In this document: positions 1 to 12,652 of the stretch, piece by piece
Layout: every line of letters starts with the position of its first letter
Position numbering within the stretch: the stretch's first letter is position 1
DNA from: Fistulifera solaris
Lineage: Eukaryota
Length of the DNA: 64,000 bases
Assembly (NCBI GenBank): GCA_030295235.1
Contig: AP026152.1
Span: forward strand, 372,001-436,000
Reading direction: 5' to 3'
Made by a program: the position numbers and the translations under genes
Notes under the pieces: generated by a model
Databases searched by the model: none
What the model saw: only the letters and a program-made list of their open reading frames with translations
Told to the model about the DNA's origin: nothing

Positions 1-2765
1 CCCGCAAAACTGGTTGCTCGTCGCCACTTCGAAGACCTTTCCCAACAACAATTACGAGATCATGGAACTCGTCGGTTGGCGATTTACTGCGCAATTGCTC
101 CAGATGGTTGCGTACAGCTGCGCGGGCCATTGCAGCAGAAAAGCTGTGCAGATCCATAGCCCGCATGTAATTGCCTTTTTCATCTCTTGTATTCCGCCAT
201 GGTTTGACTACGTCCTTTCGCATAGCATCTCTAAAAATGCTGAGAGCCATATCCTTCTGCCCTGCATTTTCTAGCGCAAGAATAAGGCTACCATAGGTCA
301 CTACGTTGGGTGATAGGCCCCTTCCACTCATCTGCTTCATTCGCTCGAATAGATCTAGGGCTTCGACCCATGCATTGCCTTTTTCGCAAGCTGCGAGAGC
401 AGCATTGAAACAATACAGATTGAGACTGTCGTCGTGGGAGTCTTGTATCGCCGTTTGAAGAATACTAAGGGCTCTCTGCCATTTCCCGGCAGCCTCACAG
501 GCACTTATAGCTGAAGAATAAGTGGGCATATCTGGCTTAAAGCCATCCTCTTTCATACGCCGGAGAAGTGACAAGGCGCACTCCCACCACTGAAACTCCT
601 GATTCTCATTATAGCTCCCAGTACTTCCGGACTTCACTGCAACCCTTCGGGCTTCATGTTCCGCCTGATTACAAGCAATCATAGCTTTTCTGTAAGATAG
701 TAAATCAGGCTGGTACATGTCGTTCAATACCTCTAGGGCGATGTCTGCTCTGCCATTTCTCCCACAGGCTGATATCAATGAGTTGAGTGCCACGTTCGGA
801 GTCTTCCAATCCCCGTATAGACGAAAGAGGACGAGCGCCTCTTCCCACTTGTTTGCTTTAGCGCAGGCGATCATGGCATATCCCAACGATACGGGATCGA
901 TGTAAGATGGTGCCTGTCCCACCACGGTATCACTGGAATGAATGATCGCCACGGCTTCTGACCAATAGTCGGGGTTTACACTGAGGGCGCAAGTAATAGC
1001 TCGCACGCAACCCACATCGCACGGGATCTGAATTTTGTGAAAAATATGCAGCGCATCGTCGACCCGCCCGAGTTTTGCGTACGTCTCTATAGCGAGAATA
1101 AGAATAGGGCCAAGTGTCTGCGAATCGAGCTCGTCTCCATGAGAAGCGTTAATAACCTTTTCGATGCTTTGTAATCGAGTATCTGCCTCATCGATTTTGC
1201 GCAAAGTTGATGCCAGTAAGGCCGACGTCGGACGACTTGTCTCGAAACCGTCGCTCAGGGCTGAGAAATACAAGTCCAAAGCAGAGTCAGCATCGCCTTT
1301 GCGCGCATACGCTGTTATAAGGCCGTTATAGGTGACTAAGCTCGGGGCGATATTCTTTTCTTTCATTTCTCGAAACAGCTTTGTAGCACATCGAACATTT
1401 TCCGCCTCAGCAGAAACCCATATCGCTGCCGTGTACATTTGCAGGTCCGGTGAAACACCATTGTCTCGTGCATGTTTCACAAAATAAAGAGCACTATCGA
1501 CGTCTTTGGATTTTCTACAAACCGAAATGGCCCGAGTGTAGGAGACTTTGCTTGGTGGAATAGCTCCTTTGCGATGCCTTCGAGATAGGTTCATTTCGCG
1601 GATTAACTTTTTGCTTCATCGGCATCTGGACAGGCTGCGAGAAGTATGTTGTAGCACGTTTCATCCAAAGCCACGTTAGGCCCGAAACATCCGTTCCGAA
1701 TATCATCGAAAAGAGAGAGCGCTGTTTGATACGGTTCGTTCTCTACACATGCTCGTAAAACAGCACGAATACAAATCATATCCGGTAAATCAACAAATAT
1801 TCCTCCGAAAGATGCCGTCGGAGAGGATTTGGGGGAGTTGGCCATGTAATGAAGAAAATCAATCGCGGTTTCGATCCTGCCATTCCTAGCGAGAGCATTC
1901 AAATAGCTTGTACAGTGAAGAGCATTGAGCATCACATCTTGATCGCTCATGTCCTTCATGATTTTCAGTGCCTCTTCGTCGTTTGCTGCGGACGCACACA
2001 CTTGAAGCAGAGCTCCCCAGAGCGCGTCCGTCATGTAAATCTTGTCGCGTTTCATATCTTCATAATAGGTCAGTGCACGGGAAATATCTCGGGTCTCACT
2101 GGTCACCAACAAAAGTGGTAAATACATGGCTTTATTCAACACGATATTCGTTGATTTTATTTCGCTGAGAAACTCGTCCAGGATTAACCATATTCGCTTC
2201 CGATCCGCCCCTGCCAGATTTCGCGAACAGGCAAAAGAACAGACTCCCAAACGGACTCATCCCAAGCTACATTCCGATATTCTTCCGTCAATTGCTGTTT
2301 CATCAAGTAAGCCTCTTCGATATCGTTGCACAGTCGAAACAGTTGGGTCAATGTGACCGAAGTCGGCAGCACATTCGACCGTTTCATCCGGTCGAGCACC
2401 GCACGTCCATGAAGAAGATGTCCCCCATGGGATGCCAAGACCAACAACGCCATATTGCACAGCTCGATATCTATTTCTGGGGTTTCCTTTGTCAAGAATG
2501 CTATGATTCGATGATATTCTTTGTGTTTGCCCCATCGCTCGATTGTTTTTATCAAATCAGCTTGACGGTCCTTGACTCCGCCAAATGGCGGCGTCTTGTT
2601 TCCATCTGATTCATTCCCCACACCCCGCCTGTGTTTCCGGGCACGTCGATTGCTCGAACGTGAGTTGAGGCCGTCCTTAAGGACTGTGAGCGACGAAGGT
2701 TGCGGCGGATGGTGCAGAAGGAACGAACAAAATGAGCAGTAAATTGTCAAGGCAGATCCTTTCAT
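1..2765 (-). CDS. Pentatricopeptide-repeat (PPR) protein, probably organelle-targeted; 3' end runs off the window; apparent frameshifts
   Basis: Overlapping minus ORFs (2184-2774, 1603-2250) with PPR-like units (HCTSYLNALARNGRIETAIDFL, CYNILLAAC). The downstream minus strand continues with PPR motifs (e.g. PNVVTYGSL-like near 290-310). Confidence 0.8.
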
Positions 2766-3653
2766 TGCGGACAATCTAGGCGAAATATCCGGAGAAGGAA
2801 TTGAATACGAAATGACACAAATACTTGCATAAACGTTTCAGCTTTTGTTTTTCTTTATTTGCAACCAATTTTGCCCTATCATCAACATCCATGAAAAATA
2901 ACATGCGAAAAAGTCAATAAAAACGGAGTAAATAATTACATCTACACTCCACGTTAAGGATTTAGCTAAAACCTCGAATGATGAAAATGGGCACCGCTAT
3001 ATATTGTTCATTCACTTTAAAATCATCCGCCATGTCCTAACAACGACAATAATGATGAGATTAAAAACTTCGCTTCATATTCTTATTAAAGCGAGAGGAG
3101 ACGGCTTTTCTCTAAACATAAATAATATCACAAACATTTCTCGGGACTCAGGACTGAATCAATCTTATTCACGAAACTGTGTCTCCTACAGTTCCCTCCC
3201 CACTTCCAGCAAGAAAACAAAAGTATCGTACCGGTTTTGATTCAATAAAATGATGCGGCAGTTTGAATTTTTTAGCTCTGTCCGCCAACGAACATTGCCA
3301 ACGAAAAGATGAGACAAAAACAGCGCCGCACGCCTACACGACGACGATAATGATCGCGAGACTTCGACGACTGTCCACAAGAACTGCTCTGAAATCCGTG
3401 AACTTCCATCAAAAGAAAAAACGATAGACTGCTACTTATATTTAAGTACACGCACACGAAGCCCTGCAAAAATGTTTCGATAAGAAAGGATACTCGATCC
3501 GAAAGAGTGAAGGATGTTCACCGAAGGGTTCGCATCCAGCGAACATCTCTGACAAATTGCCTCTCTTTCGCACTCGACATCCTCCGGAGCAGGAGATGCT
3601 TTCACACAAAAAGCATTTCATAGATATTGAAAGCAAACGAGATAGGTTTCACC

Positions 3654-6473
3654 ATGTTCAAAACCAAACATCCCAAGGAAACCAAAGATGCGAGGGGGGA
3701 AGAAAAGTGGTAACACTCATGTCCTCGTCACCATTGCGGAAACACCCACCAAGCCTCCTCCGGACAAAGGGAGTATCGTGCAAGGAGCGAAAAGTCTGCA
3801 CTTCGAAGAGTTGGTAGCGCATCGCTATGCATCGTTCCGACACGATATTCATGAGCTCATCGAGGCGTTGGAAGACTATCACGAATCGATGGTGAACGAG
3901 CGCAAGGCGCGAACCAAGGTGCGTTTGTGACGAGTGCGGCGAATGTCGAATCGTTTGCGATGATCTCACGTATCGTTTAACAGGCCTTTGAAAAAATTGA
4001 TCTGTTTTCGAAGAATACGCCATTGGTCGACGTAATTCGTACTAAGCCCTCGACATCTACCATCACCCGACGACATGATGCAACCAGTCGCGAGCATGCC
4101 GATTTGTTCGAAGATCACATCATTGACTACATCAAGGAATGGAGCGACATTGTTTCGCACAAATTCGAGACGGAAATGAAGGAAATGAAGGAGTACCGAG
4201 AAGAAAAGAAGCGACGCAAGCAGCAAGTCAAGCAGCTCCGGACCCATCGTGATAAGATGTATTTGATCAACAAAGATAAGGCGGAGGACGAGACTCCCAA
4301 ACTGTTACACAAGGAAGATAAACTCGACGTCGCAAACCATCGCTACGAGAAACACAAGAAGATTCTTTCTCAGATCATTGAAGAGCTCATTGATGGATCG
4401 TGGAAGGACTTGTATCCGTTAATGGCCAACATCTACCAATTGGAGATTGACACGGCGAACAAGAAAGCTGCCATTCTCGGGGGATTGCAGAATTCCATTG
4501 ACAAATTGTCCAAGATTACCAAGGAGCAAGGCTCATCGCCCAGTTCAGTCAGTAGCAACACGACTTTGTGGCGAAGCTTGCGAACGGACTGGCTCAACTC
4601 CGGACCCGTGCCGACCGTGCCAACGAAGGACGATACGCAACCGATGGCGAACACTCTCACGACTCCCGTCCCGACCATGGAAAACCGCGACCAGAGTGAA
4701 AAGAGGAACGATGAAGAAAAGCTTCCTCTCATTGAAGAAGACGTTATGACGGAAAGAGAAGATTTGCCACAAGATACGGAGCAGAGAGAATTGCTAGTCG
4801 AGCAAACGTTTGTGACTTCAGGTACGGAAAAGCCGGCATCGCAAACCGATCAGACAACTCGATCACAAACGGTTCAGCCCTTGTTCGATCGACAAGCCGC
4901 AACTTTCGAGACATCTCAGATGGAAGAGGAGCAAGCAGATAAGTCTCAAAGCAAGAAGTCTGGATTGATGGATGCCATTATCCCTCCATACTTCACAGGA
5001 GATAAAAAGGATCAGAAAAAGGAGCCTTCGGATGAATTTCAACACGCTGAAAGCACAGAGCCTTACGACAAGCAACCTGGATTGGTGCGTTCGGTTCTCC
5101 CTCCGTATTACAAGGGGGAAGGGAACGAGAGAGACGAAATTCGAGTTGACGAGCCAGATGAGCTGCAAGATGATTCTGAAGAGAAGCAAGGCGGAATTTT
5201 GAGCTCTTTGCTTCCTCCGTATGGCAAAGGAGAAACAACGGATCGAGATAACGTCCAGAATGATGGGAACGAAATTTATCAAAACACACAAGAGGATGAG
5301 TCTCGTAACAAATCGAGTGGATTGATGGGATCGCTCATCCCGGCCTATAGTAAAGAAGAAGATACTGATCGCGATAATGTCCAGGGCGAGCAGGGCAACT
5401 ACCAAGGCACGCAACAGGTTGATTCTCGTGATAAGCAACCCGGACTGGTTAGTTCGATAAAGTCGTACATGAAAGGAAACGCCACAGAAAGTGAAGAACG
5501 CGATACCACTCAAAACTCGCAACACATTGATTCTCAAAACGAATCTCGCTCCAAGCAACCTGGACTTGTTGGTTCCCTAAAGTCATACTTCAAGGGCAAA
5601 GCCGATGACCAGGGAAACACTTCAGAAAATCAAACGTCGTATTCAGAGGGAGACAAAGTTGATGAGTCTCAAGAAACGGGCGGCTTGGTGTATGGAACGA
5701 ATGAGACAGAGTTGGATCAACCGGCCGCATTTGTAGACACAGGGGCATCGCAGGCAAACAATGGTCAAGCAGTTGGGCCTGAGTACGATCGACAGTCCGC
5801 ATTTTCAGACAAGGGACAATCCGAATCTCAGAGAAGCCAGCAATCGTCGAAGAACGTCCAATTCGAAGATCTTCAAAAGGATGATTGGAAGAAGACCAAC
5901 GATTACATGGGGGAGTCGGGACTGGATCAACCAGCTGCATTTGTAGACACAGGAGCTTCTCAATATCAAGAATCTGGGTCCCAGGACGAGTCGCAAATGG
6001 ATCAGTCGACTCCTCGCGAAAAACAGCAGAGTGAGATGAACATTGATCGCATGGCTGAGTTTCAGAACGATCCGTTGCGCGAGTTTGGAGGCGGTTCACA
6101 GGGCGAAACGAACCAGAATCCATCCAGCACCACCCTGGGCAAAGTGAACGATACGTCGGACTACGATCCATCCAGCTCTACCAAGGGCGATACGAACAAT
6201 CCTTCGGACCACAATCCATCCGGCGCGACGCAAGACGATATCAACGATTCCTCAGAATACGATCCATCCAGCGAACCCAGAGACGACCCGAGGCAAAATC
6301 CATCCGACAAGGACGCCAAGTCCGCCGCCTTCTTAATCGATCAACCATTGGCCTTTCAGATCGATGAACCGGTCACCTTTCAAGTCGTCGACCAACCGGG
6401 CGCTGTAGAACAGACGGATCCGGATACCTTTGAAATTTACGAGACCGATCCCAATCAGACCAGCTCCAAGTAG
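3654..6473 (+). CDS. N-terminal helical (BAR-like) domain plus long acidic disordered repeat tail; intron 3919-3983
   Basis: ORF 3688-3918 splices in frame (GT 3919, AG 3983) to the 4023-6473 ORF. The N-terminus is coiled-coil-like and the C-terminus is Q/E/D/S-rich with internal repeats. An upstream ATG at 3654 needs a 1-nt correction in a G6 run. Confidence 0.7.
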
Positions 6474-6781
6474 AAAATGTCGTGTGAATGTTGACAAATA
6501 AAGATGGATGTGAAGTGAAATTTGTGTTTGAGGTTTACCATCTAAAGTTTACATAAAGAAAGAATCGCATAACAATAGTTATCCACAATTAGCGTTACGC
6601 TACACAATCGAATAGATCAGCTCCAGGCGTCTTTTGACGAGATATGCAGGTCGTGTTTTTCGAAAAAATCGCACGTTATGATTGAGTCACTCTGTAAGCT
6701 TACTTGGTTGTAATTATACATGGTATAGATGTTATAACGAATGTCGACTGCTTCTCATCTGCTCCGCATCACTTTCGTTCA

Positions 6782-7354
6782 TTAGTTCACCGTTGTGAGC
6801 ATACTATCTGGAATTTCTTGTGAAGTAAAACCACGCTTCTCGCGTTCCTCCCTGGTCCATACTTGCGGAACTTTGCGCAATCCATCCAGCGAATACTGAT
6901 GCTTCTCCACCAGACGCTTCGTGAGCATATCGTACAAGTCTTCTGGCATTTGCGGATGACGATACATGATCCAACAATATCTTCGATTCGGAAAGCCGAC
7001 CACGGTGTACATGTAATCTTGATCGTCCAGTTCAATAATCTTGTACGGCATTTTGATGGGCCAGAAGGGTGAGACTTTCCAATCCCCGGAATTCTTCTTG
7101 TCGCCCAAAACATATCCCTTTTGAGGCAAACTTCCCATCTTCGAAGTCAAAGGCTCTTTTGTATTGAAATGAAAATCAATATCAATGTCATGGCTATTGT
7201 TCTCGAGCCACGTGTATCGTTCGACGGCATTCGAATTGGTCGTTTCCAACATTGTGGGTTTGACGGCAATCACGAACCAACTGCCCATGAAACGGGCGGT
7301 GTCGCATTTCGGAACGCATTGCATCGGTGCGAAAGAAGAGGTAGATTGTCCCAT
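6782..7354 (-). CDS. Lipocalin (Blc/ApoD/TIL-like) with possible N-myristoylation
   Basis: RFMGSWFVIA (lipocalin GxW motif), YKIIELDDQDYMYTVV and WIMYRHP motifs; N-terminus MGQSTS. Confidence 0.85.
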   Translation of the reverse strand: MGQSTSSFAPMQCVPKCDTARFMGSWFVIAVKPTMLETTNSNAVERYTWLENNSHDIDIDFHFNTKEPLTSKMGSLPQKGYVLGDKKNSGDWKVSPFWPIKMPYKIIELDDQDYMYTVVGFPNRRYCWIMYRHPQMPEDLYDMLTKRLVEKHQYSLDGLRKVPQVWTREEREKRGFTSQEIPDSMLTTVN

Positions 7355-7818
7355 CTTGTTGTTGAGTGATGATTTGTAGTTGCTTCTTTATCACGATTGG
7401 TTTGTTTTGTGAGAATGTCTTTTTTGCGAGAACGATCGCGAAGCTTTTGGCGCGACAATAACTTTTTGAGAACCGTTGGGAACGTCGTTTCGAATGCTTA
7501 CCGTTTGTACACTCCGAACAACAGTGGCCAAAAGGTGTATGAGCTGGAGTGAATGACTCGGACACACGCTGAACACGTCATTCGTGTCTTACGGAGTATA
7601 AGTCCCGTATTATAGGAAGACGAACTAGGCGGATATCAAAAGAACATTTCGATGACCAAAAGACGGCCCATCTTCGTGTCTCTCAGCCCATTTTGTAAGA
7701 AGAAAGACTCTACCTAATCAGTTACAAAAAGAATTCAAAGTAGCATCGTTCTGATTAACTTCTACCAGATACTTAGGCTTTTACGTTCTGCTCATTGTAG
7801 ATGCATGTCATGAATTAT

Positions 7819-8666
7819 TTAACGATCACCATTCGAAATGGCTTGACCGGTCAATCCCGCACGAATTCGCGAAGCACCCGAACTGACAAATTTAATGCCC
7901 AACAAGGTACCCAAGACCGCCAAGGGTTCATTGACATGATTCCAAATGATTTGAGAACCCAACACGGAGGCAATGCCGGTCGTCAACACCCATCCACGAT
8001 CGGGTAGATCCTGGTTGCGGAGCGCTGTCACGGCGCGGAAGCTGCCGTCGACAAAGGTACTGGCGGCGACACCAATTGTCGTAATGAGGGCAAAATCGTA
8101 AGGATCGACACGCAGCAAATAGCCCAACAAGACTTGCGAACCACCCAACAAGACATTGCGCCATTTGAAAGTATCTTCCACAAAGAGACTGGAAAAGACA
8201 TTGACGGCTCCAATGATCATCAACAGAAAGCTTTGTTGCACGGCCGTGATGGAAATGGCCAAAGTGGGGGCCAAGAGCGCAAACATGCCGACGGCAAATT
8301 GGAGGGTACCTTCTGTGAGTATCCAACCCCAATTTTGCGCCAAGCGCTTTTTGTTGCGATTCGCATCAAAAAAGCAAGACGCGTTTGTTGTCCATGTATT
8401 CGGGGACCTTTTCGGCCTGCTTTTGAATTTTATCCTTGGCTTCATTCAAGGATTCTTTCGCATTTTCCGCGTTCCACTGCCGGAAAGAATAGTTTAGATT
8501 ATAAACAAAACGAACAATATGGCTAATCCTTCATCAGATTGAATGTGCGCACCTTATTATTCGCAGCAAGGCTAGTCGTCTGTGTTGCTCGAGGCTGAAG
8601 GGAAAGGAAAGCATTCGTCGTGCCCGACAGAAGGGCGCCGGTAGTGATGATTGTTGTATACTTCAT
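7819..8666 (-). CDS. HdeD/DUF308-family membrane protein with plastid-type presequence; one intron, one apparent frameshift
   Basis: NWGWILTEG...GMFALLAP and RGWVLTTGIASV motifs with about 6 TM segments. Exon 1 reads MKYTTIITTGALLSGTTNA-F. An extra T in a T6 run near 8370 shifts the frame. Confidence 0.7.
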
Positions 8667-9226
8667 TTTCGTTTATGCTGTTGAAATAAAACAAGAGGCT
8701 ATTTATGAGAACAGTCAACTACATGACAGAAGGACTTCATGTTGTTGAATTCAACATCCGTGGTTTGCATCTCCGAAGATCTTGCGAACCGCAATGGCTT
8801 TCTTTCATGGTTTGAGAACCCATCCGCTTTCTTCCAAGCACATCTCTAAAGATTCGCATCGATAGAGCAAACTTTCTAGGTAGAAAACAATTGCCCGGGT
8901 GATAGGAAGCAATCTTTCGAATTCGAAGTGTCGAAGAGCTTCTATCGATTTTGTGTTTTGTGCGTGATGCAAAATACCAAATACCCCGTAGTAATAGATC
9001 GCGGCGAACGGGTCACGAATGTACGTGAATGGACGAGGACGAAACGGCACTGAAATGGAAAACCGCAACGACATTTCCCATTTTGAGCTTTTGTGAATGC
9101 GTTCCGCAGATTTTGCAACCGCGTGGCATTTCGTCACAAAAAGAGATTGCAGTCGATTCGGTTCGGGTTGTCTCCGTTGTTTCTCTTGATTGGCAATTTT
9201 AAAGCCATTTTTTTATCATCCTTATC

Positions 9227-10120
9227 ATGAGACTCGATTTCGCACCGCTACTGATCACGTACGCGACTCTGGCAGTCTCGGCATTTCAGCCATTGACGAC
9301 GACGACTTCTCTGGATCGAACGTCTCTCTTTTCCTCGTCTTCCGTTGATTTGACTGTATCGGCCAAAACATACTTACTGGATGTCGCCGAACGTCTCAAA
9401 TCACAAAATGGAGTCTTTATTGTGGATCCGAAAGCACAAGACGAATTACAAAAGGCGGTACAAGAACTCGAACAGCAGAGTCAATCCATGAAATCCCCCG
9501 GGCCAAAAGCCTACCTGGGTGACTGGACGTTGCTCTGCACCGTCGCGACTCCCAAATCCAATTTCCCCTCCATTCCGGTATTACCCAACAATCCCATCCG
9601 CGAGTCGATCGCTCAAGCATCGAATCAATACGTCAAAGTCGTCCAACGCATCCGTTCCGACAACAACCAAACGGTCAATCGCGTCGATCACGTGATTGAA
9701 TACCAACCTCCGGATCAAATCGGGAATGTCTTGTCGGCCATTCCCAATCTTCCCGAAGCCATTGCCCAGTTCAAAATACCCAATCCCTTGCAAGTTCGAA
9801 AAAGCAAAGTGGTACTCTGTCATGAAGCGCAAGTTTCTCCGTCCGACTCGTCTCTGTTTTCGACAAAACTGACACTCAAAAGTGTCGTACTCAATGTCGC
9901 GGGGACTTCGGCGATGCTGGATCCGCAAGGAGCCGATGTGTGGGCTGCTAACTTGCCGGGCGTTCCCGATGTGTTGGGACGAGATACGTTCGAGACGACG
10001 TATTTGGATGATACGTTGCGGATCAGTCGCACGCAGGCTGGATTCATCGATCAATTGCGGGTCTTTGTGCGAGAACCGCCCACGACGTTTGGTGAAAAGA
10101 GGAAGAGGAATATGTCGTAG
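9227..10120 (+). CDS. Plastid lipid-associated protein (PAP/fibrillin)
   Basis: Signal peptide + SAFQP; LGDWTLLCT and TFETTYLDDTLRISR fibrillin motifs. Confidence 0.85.
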   Translation: MRLDFAPLLITYATLAVSAFQPLTTTTSLDRTSLFSSSSVDLTVSAKTYLLDVAERLKSQNGVFIVDPKAQDELQKAVQELEQQSQSMKSPGPKAYLGDWTLLCTVATPKSNFPSIPVLPNNPIRESIAQASNQYVKVVQRIRSDNNQTVNRVDHVIEYQPPDQIGNVLSAIPNLPEAIAQFKIPNPLQVRKSKVVLCHEAQVSPSDSSLFSTKLTLKSVVLNVAGTSAMLDPQGADVWAANLPGVPDVLGRDTFETTYLDDTLRISRTQAGFIDQLRVFVREPPTTFGEKRKRNMS

Positions 10121-10413
10121 TGACGGAGCTGGTCGATGAAGGCGACGCCGACGAAGATGTTGCTCCTTCGGATTACTACGAAGACTAAAAACTAAACAAG
10201 GAGAAAACACGGAAAAAGGCAATAGTCGACAAATAATAAACTACATGTTATAGCTAAGACATTAAATGTTTTTGTATTCAATCGAAATAACTAAACGAGT
10301 TCATCTTTTAATTCAAAGTTTACAAACAATGACAATTTCAAAATAGCTGTTCAGAACGGTCACGTAATCCTTCGTATTCGAAGAAGAAACAATTCACTTT
10401 GCGATGAATGGGT

Positions 10414-10429
10414 GGAGGTAAGAACCTCC
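10414..10429 (-). promoter_or_regulatory. Histone mRNA 3' stem-loop (H1)
   Basis: Minus strand CAACC-GGAGGT-TCTT-ACCTCC-ACCCA, 34 nt after the H1 stop. Confidence 0.85.
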
Positions 10430-10463
10430 GGTTGTTGTAAGAAAAGATCTTGTCTTTTTTTCT

Positions 10464-10987
10464 TTACTTCTTTTCCGCGGCAGGAGCGGCCTTTTTCTTG
10501 GGAGCCGTCTTCTTGGCGGCCGGCTTGGCCTTGGTGGCCGCCGCCTTTTTCGGAGCCGCGGGCTTCTTCGCTTTGGGTGCGGTAGCCTTCTTGGCGGCAG
10601 CCGGCTTTTTGGCCTTGGTGGCGGTCTTTTTGGGAGCCGCCGTCTTCTTGGCGGTCGTCGTCGCCTTTTTCTTGGGCTTGGTCGGCGCCTTCTTGGCCGT
10701 CGTCGTCTTCTTGGTGGCCGTTTCCTTCTTCTTGGGCGCTTCCGCAGCCTTCTTGGCGGTCGCCGTCGCCTTCTTTTGAAATCGGCCGAGAGCTTGTAGG
10801 AATTCTTGTTCTGAACGAATTCACCCGAAGCCACACCATTCTTCAAGGCTTGCAAGAACGTTGCGTTTTGCCACTTCTTATCTTTGGGCATTTTGTCCTG
10901 CATGGCCTTCTTGATGGCAATCATACTCGACCCATTGCGGTCTCCGAGGGTGGTAATGGCCGAAACAATTCCTGCTTTGTACGACAT
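10464..10987 (-). CDS. H1: Linker histone H1 (globular domain + K/A/P-rich tail); probable 5'-UTR intron 10999-11098; 1-nt frameshift at 10774-10777
   Basis: MSYKAGIVSAITTLGDRNGSSMIAIKK...SYKLSADFK winged-helix domain. Adding one A to an A4 run restores the KKATATAKK... tail ending at TAA 10464. Confidence 0.9.
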
Positions 10988-11746
10988 GATGTTACGTTCT
11001 GCAACAGGCACAACGCGGTCAGTCTAATGCTCAACTAATTACAAAAGACGTCACGGAGAATTCCACAGTCATCACTTGCTGCGACAAGAGGTACTTACAT
11101 GTTTGTTTTGAATCAATCAACTGCTGTAAATGTTGTTGCAATGCGATGCAAATCGGTTGCTTGCTTTGCAAAAACGAGTCGGCCAATCTCCGCCTGCGCC
11201 CGAATTTGAATCCTGCGCCAGCCTACCTGCGCGTAGAACGCTACGGCGTTGTACATACGGGAAAAGCTACAGGAGCTTCAGTACTGGATTACGAAAATTT
11301 GACTCATGTCCCAGCGCGTCCGTTGGTCGCGCCAGCATGATCGGCGTGAACGAATGACAATGATCAATGATGGCGTTGTCCTCGCAAGCGCAATGAGAAG
11401 CTTGCTTTGGCTTGCTCTTGCAGTCTCTTCAGATGATATTCATTCAGCATTGCAGAACGAACATGGCCTGCTGGATCGTGAGCCTTTAGGTTTGTTGTGG
11501 GTCGCCTGCTTCTGCAACTTGAAAGGCATTGCTCTAGTGACGCTAAGCGACAGCTACGAAGAAAAGTCTAGACTAGTTCAAAGGAATAGATTCCTAGAAA
11601 GCAATAGGTCATTATAATAAGAAACTACCGAACGCAATCTTTATCACCTGCATCGACATAGAAATCCGTGAAACAAAGCAAGATCAAGTTTGAACAGCCG
11701 AAACAAAAGGTCGTCGCATCCAAAAAAGGACTTTGTGTGTTTGGGT

Positions 11747-11762
11747 GGAGGTAAAAACCTCC
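11747..11762 (-). promoter_or_regulatory. Histone mRNA 3' stem-loop (H2B)
   Basis: Minus strand AAACC-GGAGGT-TTTT-ACCTCC-ACCCA, 36 nt after the stop. Confidence 0.85.
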
Positions 11763-11798
11763 GGTTTAAAAATCTACAGAGTAGACAAGGCAATAATC

Positions 11799-12155
11799 TT
11801 AAGCACTGCTGGAGAACTTGGTCACGGCCTTGGTTCCCTCGGAGACGGCGTGCTTGGCCAATTCACCAGGGAGCATGAGGCGGACGGCCGTCTGGATCTC
11901 GCGACTGCTGAGCGTGGCCTTCTTGCTGTAAGTAGAGAGCTTTCCGGCCTCGGTAGCAATGCGCTCGAAGATATCGTTGATGAAGGAGTTCATGATGGAC
12001 ATACCCTTCTTGGAGATACCGGTGTCGGGGTGGACCTGCTTGAGCACCTTGTAGATGTAAGAAGAGTAGGTTTCGGTACGCTTCTTGCTCTTTGTCTTGG
12101 CGCCAGCGGCCTTCTTGGGTGCCTTAGCAGATTGCTTGGAGGGAGTCTTAGCCAT
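11799..12155 (-). CDS. H2B: Histone H2B
   Basis: [23 protein letters not shown]...[16 protein letters not shown]. Confidence 0.98.
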   Translation of the reverse strand: MAKTPSKQSAKAPKKAAGAKTKSKKRTETYSSYIYKVLKQVHPDTGISKKGMSIMNSFINDIFERIATEAGKLSTYSKKATLSSREIQTAVRLMLPGELAKHAVSEGTKAVTKFSSSA

Positions 12156-12652
12156 GGTTGCGAAAGTTTGAGTTTGCGATAAACGAAGATGAATTCGAAT
12201 AATTGTGAGAAGTCTCTGCGTTGCGCTGCTGCGGTGCTTTTTGGAGCGGGCCGTGATGCAAGGAGCATTTGGGCCGGCGCACGCCAGCCGTCACACCGAC
12301 TGCTGGTACTCATTGTACGTACACGTTAAAAATGTACCAGCGACCTCGTACGTAAGCCTGAACGGTGTTTCTCGTACACAATTCAAACCGCGCCACATCG
12401 TCTTGCCGTTCTACGTCTTGCAATTTTGGGCGCATCGAACTGGTAGAATTTCTACGGAACGTACGAGTGTACGAGACCCTCGTAGACGCCGTGCAATTTC
12501 TACGACACTCTACAGAACGTCGGCCCCGGCTTGTTCTTCTCCGCCGCTTTCACACCATCGTTGCTTTGAACGCATTCGTCACAAAATCACAAGCAACCCT
12601 TGTTGACAGCTCGTTTTTACATTATCAAAACACAAACAAAACTACCATCACC

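Noticed and set aside
4863..6171. Long antisense ORFs (also opposite the histones, VPS41 and succinyl-CoA ligase)
   Set aside because: These are shadow frames of codon-biased genes with no recognisable motifs.
10394..11011. H1 ORF with an Arg-rich protamine-like tail (RRRRRPPRR...)
   Set aside because: It arises from one missing A in an A-run. The Lys-rich frame ends at a proper stop 34 nt before the stem-loop, while the Arg frame runs through the stem-loop. Similar indels occur throughout the window.
11019..11075. Possible box C/D snoRNA in the H1 5'-UTR intron (GTGATGA ... CTGA on the minus strand)
   Set aside because: It spans only 57 nt, the CTGA doubles as the branch site, and I found no convincing 10+ nt rRNA complement.
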